Below are positions 54,061 to 64,000 of a DNA stretch of 64,000 bases, in pieces; within the stretch, counting starts at the first letter, position 1, and each line of letters starts with the position of its first letter. The stretch is from Tubiluchus corallicola. Lineage: Eukaryota; Animalia; Priapulida. A program made the position numbers and the translations under genes. The notes beneath the pieces were generated by a model, which saw only the letters and a list, made by a program, of their open reading frames with translations, had not been told where the DNA came from and did no database searches. The stretch covers positions 30,787-94,786 of the forward strand of contig JAQGDQ010000797.1 of the NCBI GenBank assembly GCA_030141605.1, written 5' to 3'.

Positions 54061-54092
<32 letters not shown>

Positions 54093-54180
54093 TTGCTGTC
54101 GCTGTCGCTGTTGCTGTTGTTGTTGTTGTTGTTGTTGTTGTCGCTGTTGCTGCTGTTGCTGCTGCTGCTGTTGTTGTTGC

Positions 54181-54213
<33 letters not shown>

Positions 54214-54280
54214 CGCTGCTGTTGTTATCATTGTCATTGCCATTGTCATTATAGTTATCAATATCATTATCGTTATTATA
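54021..54280. repeat. (GTT)n/(GCT)n compound trinucleotide tract
   Basis: Direct inspection. Confidence 0.95.
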
Positions 54281-54940
54281 TTTTTTTCTTTCATATCGAA
54301 TACCTGACTAAAACAAAGACGAGATGAAGTTACTTCAAGAATTTGCTTTTTGCAGACAATATGAATACAGCTGAGTTTTCTGAAAATGCAATGCCCTGTC
54401 TTACACTAAACTCTCATTGATTGATTCGTCATCTTCACATTTCTCAATGGCTTTTGGCAACAGAATCAACACTAGATTAGGCAACCGACATCAAAGTCCA
54501 AATTTCATTCACAGTTTAGAAGACAACATCAAAGAGAATTCGGTCGGAAGTTTAACGCTATTTTGTTGCACGTTACCCACAATGCCCAGCAGGCAGCGGG
54601 TGATCTCAAGGAAAAATAGCAACATCGGGATTAAGAAACATTCAGTAGAATGAACTGGAAAGTTATGTCCGACAGCCCGAGCTAGATTAGGAAAGTAGAT
54701 TCAAGCCACTGTAAATTTCCGGGTCTCGTGATTAGACGAAATCTGGTGTCTGAAGAAGTGTGCCACCGGCTTCTAAGCAGCGAGCAACATTTCAGCTAAG
54801 ATTATGATTCGTACGATTAGACCATTTAAAATAAGAGATTACCGTGATTATTCAGTTCGCCAGAACCGTCAAACAGTTCACTTATTCTACAAACACGTGA
54901 GCTTATTTCTGTGAAACATTTTTGGATTGTGAACTAAAAC

Positions 54941-55067
54941 ACATAGACATAGACATAGACATAGACATAGACATAGACATAGACATAGACATAGACATAG
55001 ACATAGACATAGACATAGACATAGACATAGACATAGACATAGACATAGACATAGACATAGACATAGA
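54941..55067. repeat. (ACATAG)n hexanucleotide microsatellite, about 21 copies
   Basis: Direct inspection. Confidence 0.95.
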
Positions 55068-55405
55068 ACATTTATTTTCTTCAATTAGTTTAACATCAAA
55101 AGTTTTTTAAATATTAAGTAATTATAATCATGAAGCACGGCAGAGAAGGACCATAGGGTCATCTAGTCTCCTGCCCTTTCTTATAGATAGATTAGTATAT
55201 TAAAAATTAACGGTGATGCTGCAGATAACAAAGACAAAAGCAAATAAAAAATAATAATAATAAAAACAGTGTAAATGATACAAATTATCCAAAAAGAACT
55301 GAAAACAAAAAATAATAAACTGTAAAACATCTCTGTGTATGCGTTCTTTTTCATGACACGTTTGATGATGGTGACGATGATGATAATAACTACTGTGTTG
55401 ACAAC

Positions 55406-55549
55406 GGAATGAGTTTACAATTCCCCACACGATTTAGATACCCTAACCCAGACCCTAACCCTAGCCCTAACCCAACCCTAACCATAACCGTTATCCTAAT
55501 CCGGTTCACGAACTAATTTGTTTTGTGTGGGGAATTGTCAACTTAAACC
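55406..55549. mobile_element. 144-bp MITE containing degenerate (CCCTAA)n telomere-like repeats
   Basis: TIRs ggaatgagtttacaattccccacac / gtgtggggaattgtcaacttaaacc; flanks ttgacaac / ttgacaat (7/8 TSD match). Confidence 0.7.
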
Positions 55550-57199
55550 TTGACAATTTATGTTACGCTAGATATGAGTGATTTAGGCTGTTTTTTAAGT
55601 AATCGGGTGAAACATTTTCGGATTCTCGCAAAAGCAATGTAAGAGTCCTTTCTAAGATAATAAAAACTACAAAGTAACTACCATTTCTATGCAACTTGTA
55701 GCCTTATTTCATTGTACACAAGGTAAGCATCAGACAATACTCATAACCGTTCCCAATGTAATAAATATGCTAGAAAATCTAACAAAATCTAACTCTAAAA
55801 TGTAAAATTGAGATTTGGTTGAACTTGTTGAACATCTTTATTTATCTAAGCTATCTAAATTGTTTTTGATATCCAAGTAGTATATGGCTACAGCAACAAT
55901 AAAAATGGCTTCTAGAGCGCCATCTACCGGCCGCGCATTGATTTAAACCGAACACGCACTTTATTACTTCTGTCCTTTGGCCAGCTATAGAATTACATAG
56001 CTTTCAGTCAATCTAATGATTTCATGGCATAATTACAGACTACTTGCTGCTGGCATTTCAACAAATGCCTTATTACTCGTTTCAGAAAACTAATGACGAT
56101 CATGTACCGAGGAACTGGGACATTTAGGAAGCTAGTTATTTCGCCAGAATGCCTGATGTAGTTGAGGGCAATGAAGAGTACAACTTACTCTATTACAGAA
56201 CTGGAGACCAGGTACTTGGCTTCGTTTCACTCTTTATCGAGTACAATGAACGATACAAACACTGAAATAGCAGAAAGGAGCAAAATTTGCAGTAAATTAT
56301 TTTTTTCACTAATAAATAATCACAAGCGGGTCACATTAGTATCTAAAAAATAGTTGTACGAACCTTATACAATAATAAATTGGCTATACATTGCCGTTTG
56401 ATATTTTAAGCAAAACAAAATTATGGTTTTTAGTTTTGAAAAGTTTCCAAAACTTGAAAGCAAATTTCTAATGCGTGTTTGCTGTCCATAGTAGTAGACA
56501 ATGCAGAAAAGTTCACACTGGCATATTTTTCTCTAATTCACTAGTTAATGTTCGTTAATGCGTGCTTTACGGTTTGTGTCTCTTCGAAATTAATGTAGCA
56601 AATAATAATAACTTTTTATATACTTTGGAACAATGTATGCAGGAATCCATCATTCAAAGACAGGGCCTATTTAGTATTGATGGTGTATATCTTGTGCCTT
56701 AGTTGTAGCTTGTCTGGACTTAGCTAATTATCAATAATGATCCTCCAAGCTGAGGTACTGAACCAGCAAATGTCTCAACCATGTTCTTCCATTCCGCGCA
56801 AAAGCATACTTCCTCACGGTGGTAAATAATTGGGACAAAATGGCAGGCAAAGTATCGCAGACGCGCCTTTTTATGACAATCATCCATCCATTTGCTCAAT
56901 CGGCTAAGTGTTGTGTTACTTTAGCTGCTAAGCAAACGCTGTGGCCACTCAGCCATTCCAACACAAACCTAAGCTAGCTGTATCTATATATTTCGTACTT
57001 ATAAGGACAATTAGGGCACCTACTTAATTTCCATGTGATATTTTGAAAGTGTATTCAGAACTATAGCACATCAGTCAAATAAGATTGTTGCTGCTGCTCC
57101 ATCATGTGGATTGCCTGGTTAAGCGTCAAAACCCAATTCCGGGCGGTATCGTAAGTAAACTTTGATTATTTATTTCGTGGAGCAAGAACGTATACGCAT

Positions 57200-57587
57200 T
57201 AGGGGTGAGCGTCGAACGTTCGATTTCCAACGTTCGAATCGAATTCAAACGAGTTTTTTTTGGTTCGAATTCGATTCGAACCTAAAACTATAGATTCGAA
57301 TAATTCAGCAAACACAACATGATGAAATTAGCATAATTTAGCTGTGATACGCATGCACAATTTTAAGCAAATTATTGGCGGTTTCACTGCAGAATAAAAT
57401 CGTGTAATATGCATGACGTTTGTAAGACTAATTTTTACTGGTGGTTCGAAACTTGTTCGAAAATCTTTCAATTTCAATTCGAATTCGTTTCTAATTCGAA
57501 ATACTGAAGTTCGGTTCGATTCGAATTCGAAACTCACAAATTCGATTCGATTCGAATTCGCTTTCTGGTAGAGAACGCTCACACCTA
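57200..57587 (+). mobile_element. Non-autonomous hAT transposon (MITE)
   Basis: TIRs taggggtgagcgt / acgctcacaccta; exact 8-bp TSD ATACGCAT (57192-57199, 57588-57595); many subterminal TTCGA(A) motifs. Confidence 0.85.
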
Positions 57588-58186
57588 ATACGCATCAGAA
57601 GGTAGCTAAGACAGTGGTCGGTTCAGTGACTCACCTTAGAAGAATATCCTTGCTTGTGAGCCAAACTCTGATCACGCTACAGACACCTTGTTGAGTTGAT
57701 TTGGCTTTGAGTGCTGGATTCCGGCTTGCAGTGTTCCAGAGTGTATTCATTTCTTTTAAATTAAGTTTCCTATTGGTAATTTTAGAAATCAAACAAATCA
57801 GTCTCGTAAAGATGGAAAGAGAGCTGTTATTAAAACAGATTTGGACTCTTAAGTGATACCTGATTTAATCTGCCACAGTCAGTCACTCAGCAGTTATTTC
57901 TAAGCTAATTTAGGAAAATGATCAGATGATTGGTACGTCCCTAAGTCAAATTCAGGTTTATCTGCAACGTTCATATTGCCATTATTTCTATTTAACACCT
58001 TTAAATTTGACCTATTTGACAAATTTAACCTATATAACAAATCTACACCATTACTAATTAATTTTTAGTTGGTATTCTTTTACATTTTACAAACATTATA
58101 CAAAAATTTTAGTTGATAAGACCTTCACATTTATATTGTAAATTTTCTTTAAATTATTGCCTGGAAAATTTTCTTTGTTTTTGTAG

Positions 58187-58344
58187 ACAAAATCAAGCTC
58201 TGATTCGAGAAGACAAAGCTGCTGCGCATGCCTAAGAACTCGTAACAAACAACAAGGTGTCGTCTGTATCTTGACAGGAAGCCTTCTTCTGGTGGGAGGC
58301 TTCGTGGGTTGCATTGCAGGAATGTACCACGTAACAGATTCAAG
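58187..58344 (+). CDS. Candidate internal exon: Cys cluster plus transmembrane helix (type II membrane-anchor-like)
   Basis: Strong acceptor ttttctttgtttttgtAG (58186); open frame TKSSSDSRRQSCCACLRTRNKQQGVVCILTGSLLLVGGFVGCIAGMYHVTDS; ends at AG|GCGAGT (GC donor) or at GTATGA 4 nt later; locally raised GC. No in-phase neighbouring exon found. Confidence 0.35.
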
Positions 58345-59044
58345 GCGAGTATGAATATGATATCAATACTACTGCAGTACAAATAATCATAAAATTGTTA
58401 TACTAAATTTAAAAGCCAAATTAATCAAAAGTATCAGGAAGTAATGGGCGTCAGGAAATGATTTCTTCTCCTGTACAGAAGAAATCGAAAAAAAATATAG
58501 AAATCAACAAAACCATGAGAACAAGCATTTAATTTTCGGAGAAGAATACTTATTTTGATATTAAATAAGGCCCATTGCGTTTTAGACAGTGTAGGTAGTT
58601 TTTGCCATTTTTTTATTTTTGACAAAAGGAAGCAGGGGGAATAATAAAAATACACATTAAATAAAAAATATCATAAACTCTATTTCTATGTTTATAATAT
58701 GTTTGTAAGTATGTCTGTTTGTACTGTAAAGCATATCTATTTGTGATAACTTTAATTGTAGCGTTGCTAATTTTTCGAACACCCTGTAGAAAGCGCAGAG
58801 GAACCCGAGAACGGAGAGCCTTTTACAAGTAGCGATAGCATCGTAGTGATAAACCTGTGCAGATTAAAATGTAATATGCCTCTTATAGACAAACACCTGA
58901 GCCAAGAAAAGGTAAAATGAGAAAAGATCGACACAGCAATGTAAAAAGAAAAACTGAAACAAACAAACAAACAATGCTATATTGCAACAATTGACCAACT
59001 ATCTATACTCTTATATTAATATTCTTGGTATCTTAATATATATA

Positions 59045-59829
59045 CTAGCAAAGGCCCCGCAAAAGATTTTGCGTATAAATACACGTGTAATCAATAATAC
59101 GCGAACATTCTACCTAGTACTCATTTATAACACAAAGCCCGTAACATCCTGCCTACTGTTTGTTAGTTTGCCTGTAGCAGCTTTTTGCTGAATTAAAGCT
59201 ATAAGATTATAGACAGAGTACAATGGATGACGTCACTACAATGGCTTTGCGTCAGCAGTTTTCTAAGTGAAAATTGTCGAAAATAGAACATCCAATTAAC
59301 TCGTCGGTACTCCTCTCGGTGGACCTGCCCTAAAATATAGCCCACATCATCGTGTAGCCCCGTTCTTTCTCTTTGTAAAGAGCTATATATCTCCTTCCGA
59401 GAGTCCCACCAGGCGCCGCTAGAACGTTTTTTCCGCATGCTGTTTAATCAGAATTTCGAAAAAATCGCGAGTTGGGTCCGGAAAAACGCCCGTTGCGGGG
59501 CGCCGTGGCCCTCTCGCGAATTGTAAATAGGCCTATGACACCCATCGCTGAACGGGCTATCTATCCATACCCAGCACCACCCTCGGCCCATTCCCGTTCT
59601 CTACATCTCAGGCGTATAACTTTTGCAAAAAACGGCCGAAAAATGGCCATTTTTGGAGGTTTTTCGCCCCCCGTTCCTCGCGGTGGGCCCGATTCGAAAA
59701 ATAAACCCCCAATGAGACGACACTAGATCGAGACCTTTCGTTTGATATATAGATCGCCGCAAATGGTGCCGTTGTCTGGGCTGTAGCCTCGAATCTTATA
59801 TATATATATATACCAAGAATATTAATATA
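59045..59829 (-). mobile_element. Non-autonomous Helitron, short form
   Basis: Minus-strand 3' end cgcaaaa-tc-ttttgcg hairpin, then gggcctttgCTAG followed by T; 5' region ...tatattaatattcttggt(at)n shared with the other copies. Confidence 0.78.
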
Positions 59830-61459
59830 CTAGCCAAACCCCACAAAAAGAATTTTGTGCACAAATCAACACACAACCCACACCACACCACTCCACCTCA
59901 TCACACCACACTGCACCACACCATACCACTCCACCTCATCGCACCACACAATACCACCACACTGCACTGCACCACACCATACCACCTACACACCACACTG
60001 CACCACACCATACCACTGCACCACCCACACAGCACACCACACCACCCACACCATAATACTCCACCACATCACACCGCACACCACACTGCTGCACCACACC
60101 ACACCACACCACCTACACCATACCATTCCACCACATCACACCACACCGCACCACACCATACCACTGCAGCACACCGCACCACCCACACACCACACCACAC
60201 CACCCACACCATACGACTCCACCACACTGCACCACACCATACCACTGCACCACACCACATCGCACCACCCACACACCACACCACACCACACCACCCACGC
60301 CATAATACTCCACCACATCACATCACACCGCACTGCACCACACCATAACACCACACTGCACCACAACACCCACCCACCCACACACCACGCCACCCACTCC
60401 ACACCACACCCCACACACCCTATCACCCCACCACACCATCCATAGCACAACACACAAAGCACACCACCACCACACCACATCAAATCCACCACCTCACATG
60501 GTGATCATGATGTTGATGATGATGATGGTGGCAACGATGACGACACCTATAGCACAAGCACCAACAGCACAGCATTACAACAAAACCATTCCAAACATTT
60601 TTCACAAAGTTGAAACTATGTGCTATAATATAATAAATAGCAAAGGCCCCGCAAAAGATTTTGCGTATAAATACACGTGTAATCAATAATACGCGAACAT
60701 CCTACCTAGTCCTCATTTATAACACAAAGCCCGTAACATCATGCCTACTGTTTGTTTAACTAACGCAAACCCGTAGCAGGCAGCGTTTTGCTGAATTAAA
60801 GTTATAAGATTATAGACAGAGTACAATGGATGACGTCACAACAATGCCTTTGCGTCAGCAGCTTTCTAAGCGGAAATTGCCGAAAATAGAACTCCTAATT
60901 AACTCGCCAATACTCCTCTCGGTGGACCTGCCCTAACATATAGCCCACATCATCGTGTAGCCCCGTTCTTCTTCTTTCTAAAGAGCTATATATCTCTTTC
61001 CGAGAGTCCCACCAGGCGCCGCTAGAACGTTTTTCCCGCAGGCTGTTTGGTCAAAATTTCGAAAAAATCGCGAGTTGGGTCCGCGAAAACGCCCGTTACG
61101 GGACCCCGTGGCCCTCTTGGGAATTCTAAATAGGCCTATGACACCCACCGCTGAACGGGCTATCTATCCATACCCAGCACCCCCCTCGGCCCGTTCCCGT
61201 TCTCTACATCTCAGCCGTATAACTTTTGCAAAAAACGGCCGAAAAATGGCCATTTTTGGAGGTTTTTCGCCCCCCGTTCCTCCCGGTGGGCCCGATTCGA
61301 AAAATAAACCCCCAATGAGACGACACTAGATCGAGACCTTTCGTTTGATATATAGATCGCCGCAAATGGTGCCCTCGTCCGGGCTGTAGCCTCGAATCTT
61401 ATATATAAATAAATATATAAATAAATATATATATATACCAAGAATATTAATATAAGAGA
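59830..61459 (-). mobile_element. Non-autonomous Helitron, long form (1.63 kb)
   Basis: 5' TCTCTTATATTAATATTC at 61459; 3' hairpin cacaaaa-ttct-ttttgtg plus gggtttggCTAG at 59830-59833; internal copy of the short-form end at about 60637 with CTAG changed to CTAT; contains (CACCA)n-like tract. Confidence 0.82.
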
Positions 61460-62349
61460 CTAGCCAAACCCCACAAAAAGAATTTTGTGCACAAATCAAC
61501 ACACAACCCACACCACACCACTCCACCTCATCACACCACACTGCACCACACCATACCACTCCACCTCATCGCACCACACAATACCACCACACTGCACCAC
61601 ACCATACCACTGCACCACCCACACACCACACCACACCACACCACCCACACCATAATACTCCACCACATCACACCGCACAGCACCACACCATAACACCACA
61701 CCACCACACCATACCACTCCACCACATCACACCGCACCACACCATACCACTGCAGCACACCGCACCACCCACACACCACACCACCCATACCATACGACTC
61801 CACCACATCACACCACACCATACCGCTGCACCACACCACACCGCACCACCCACACACCACACCACCCACACCATAATACTCCACCACATCACACTGCACT
61901 GCACCACAACATAACACCACACTGCACCACAACACCCACCCACCCACACACCACGCCACCCACTCCATACCACACTACCCACACCACACCCCACACACCC
62001 TATCACACCACCACACCATCTATAGCATAACACACAAAGCACACCACCACCACAAAACATCAAATCCACCACCTCACGTGGTGATCATGATGTTGACAAT
62101 GATGATGATGATGATGATGGTGGTGGCAATGATGACGACACCTATAGCACAAGCACCAACAGCACAGCATTACAACAAAAACATTCCAAACATTTTTCAC
62201 AAAGTTGAAACTATGTGCTATAATATAATAAATAACAAAGGCCCCGCAAAAGATTTTGCGTATAAACACACGTATAATCGATAATACGCGAACATTCTAC
62301 CTAGTCCTCATTTATAACACAAAGCCTACTGTATGTTTAACTAACGCAA
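61460..62349 (-). mobile_element. Helitron long form, 5'-truncated copy
   Basis: Same 3' hairpin and CTAG (61460-61463) abutting the TC start of the next copy; homology stops at about 62349. Confidence 0.75.
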
Positions 62350-62374
62350 GTTATATATATATACAACCTATATA

Positions 62375-63788
62375 TCTACTATTATATTAATATTCTTGGT
62401 ATATATATATATATATATATATATAAGATTCGAGGCTACAGCCCGGACGAGGGCACCATTTGCGGCGATCTATATATCAAACGAAAGGTCTCGATCTAGT
62501 GTCGTGCCATTGATGGTTTATTTTTCGAATCGGGCCCACCGGGAGGAACGGGAGGCGAAAAACCTCCAAAAATGGCCCTTTTTCGGCCGTTTTTTGTAAA
62601 AGTTATACGGCTGAGATGTAGAGAACGGGAACGGGCCGAGGGGGGTGCTGGGCATGGATAGATAGCCCGTTCAGCGGTGGGTGTAGTAGGCATATTTAGA
62701 ATTCCCGAGAGGGCCAGGGCGCCCCGCAACGGGCGTTTTCCCGGACCCAACTCGCGATTTTTTCGAAATTTTGACCAAACAGCATGCGGGAAAAACGTTC
62801 TAGCGGCGCCTGGTGGGACTCTCGGAAGGAGATATATAGCTCATCAGAAAGAGGAAGAACGGGGCTACACGATGATGTGGGCTATATTTTAGGGCAGGTC
62901 CACCGAGAGGAGTATCAACGAGTTAGTTAGGAGTTCTATTTTCGGCAATTTTCGCTTAGGAAACTGCTGACGCAAAGCCATTGTTGTGACGTCATCCATT
63001 GTACTCTGTCTATAATCTTATAACTTTAATTCAGCAAAAAGCTACAGGCTTTGCGTTAGTTAAACAAAGAGTAGACATGATGTTACGGGCTTTGTGTTAT
63101 AAATGTGGACTAGGTAGGATGTTCGCGCATTATTGATTACACGTGTATTTATACGCAAAATCTTTTGCTATTTATTATATTATAGCACATAGTTTCAAAT
63201 TTGTGAAAAATGTTTGGAATGGTTTTGTTGTAATGCTGTGCTATTGGTGCTTGTGCTATATGTGTCGTCATCGTTGCCACCATCATCATCATCATCAACA
63301 TCATGATCACCACGTGAGGTGGTGGATTTGATGCGGTGTGGTGGTGGTGTGCTTTGTGTGTTGTGCTATGGATGGTGTGGTGGGGTGATAGGGTGTGTGG
63401 GGTGTGGTGTGGGTAGTGTGGTATGGAGTGGGTGGAGTGGTGTGTGGGTGGGTGGGTGTTGTGGTGCGGTGTGGTGTGGTGTGGTGTTATGGTGTGGTGC
63501 AGTGCGGTGTGATGTGGTGGAGCATTATGGTGTGGGTGGTGCGGTGTGGTGTGTGGGTGGTGCGGTGTGGTGTGGTGCAGTGGTATGGTGTGGTGCAGTG
63601 TGGTGTGATGTGGTGGAGTCGTATGGTGTGGTTGGTGTAGTGTGTAGGTGGTTTGGTGTGGTGCGGTGCGGTGGTATTGTGTGGTGCGATGAGGTGGAGT
63701 GGTATGGTGTGGTGTGATGAGGTGGAGTGGTGTGGTGTGGGTTGTGTGTTGATTTGTGCACAAAATTCTTTTTGTGGGGTTTGGCTAG
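62375..63788 (+). mobile_element. Non-autonomous Helitron, long form, opposite orientation
   Basis: A|TCTACTATTATATTAATATTCTTGG start; ends cacaaaattctttttgtggggtttggCTAG at 63785-63788; internal first terminator partly deleted near 63165. Confidence 0.82.
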
Positions 63789-64000
63789 TCTCTTATATTA
63801 ATATTCTTGGTATATATATATATATAAGATTCGAGGCTACAGCCCGGACGAGGGCACCATTTGCGGCGATCTATATATCAAACGAAAGGTCTCGATCTAG
63901 TGTCGTCTCATTGGGGGTTTATTTTTCGAATGGGGCCCACCGGGAGGAAGGGGGGGCGAAAAACCTCCAAAAATGGCCATTTTTCGGCCGTTTTTTGCAA
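63789..64000 (+). mobile_element. Next Helitron copy, head-to-tail, runs off the window
   Basis: TCTCTTATATTAATATTCTTGG begins immediately after the CTAG of the previous copy. Confidence 0.8.

Noticed and set aside
55441-55500. True telomere or chromosome fusion site
   Set aside because: Short, degenerate, single orientation, and enclosed by TIRs and a TSD.
57635-57750. Minus-strand ATG-to-GTGAGT candidate first exon (MNTLWNTASRNP...)
   Set aside because: Good donor but no recognisable peptide and no matching downstream exon found.
59472-62750. Recurring 84-aa ORF (MGPxKRPLR...) and His/Thr/Pro- or Val/Trp/Cys-rich ORFs
   Set aside because: The 84-aa ORF starts at TTG, recurs only because the repeat recurs, and has no Rep or helicase motifs; the others are translations of (CACCA)n.

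Overview
AT-rich animal genomic DNA, probably a marine invertebrate (inferred from base composition, repeat types and CCCTAA motifs; taxon not identifiable). Three protein-coding genes are well supported: (1) a two-exon gene the ORF track only partly shows (exon 1 6589-6612, exon 2 10847-11473) encoding a 216-aa secreted protein with a signal peptide and about 4.5 copies of a 37-38-aa Gly/Phe/His/basic repeat, resembling an unrecognised multi-peptide precursor; (2, 3) two divergently oriented class A (rhodopsin-like) GPCRs with uninterrupted coding sequence (16929-17933 minus, 22796-23692 plus). One further candidate exon encodes a membrane anchor (58187-58344). The rest is mostly repeats: a 5S rRNA-headed, RTE-tailed SINE with a target-site duplication (TSD), nested in a hAT MITE; an array of non-autonomous Helitron copies (59.0-64 kb) with head-to-tail junctions and short/long 3' ends; three inverted-repeat loci with minimal hammerhead-like motifs; several hAT and PIF/Harbinger MITEs; LINE 3' fragments; a 49-bp minisatellite; and many microsatellites. 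Most short ORFs in the track are artefacts. All analysis was by eye; no database searches were run.
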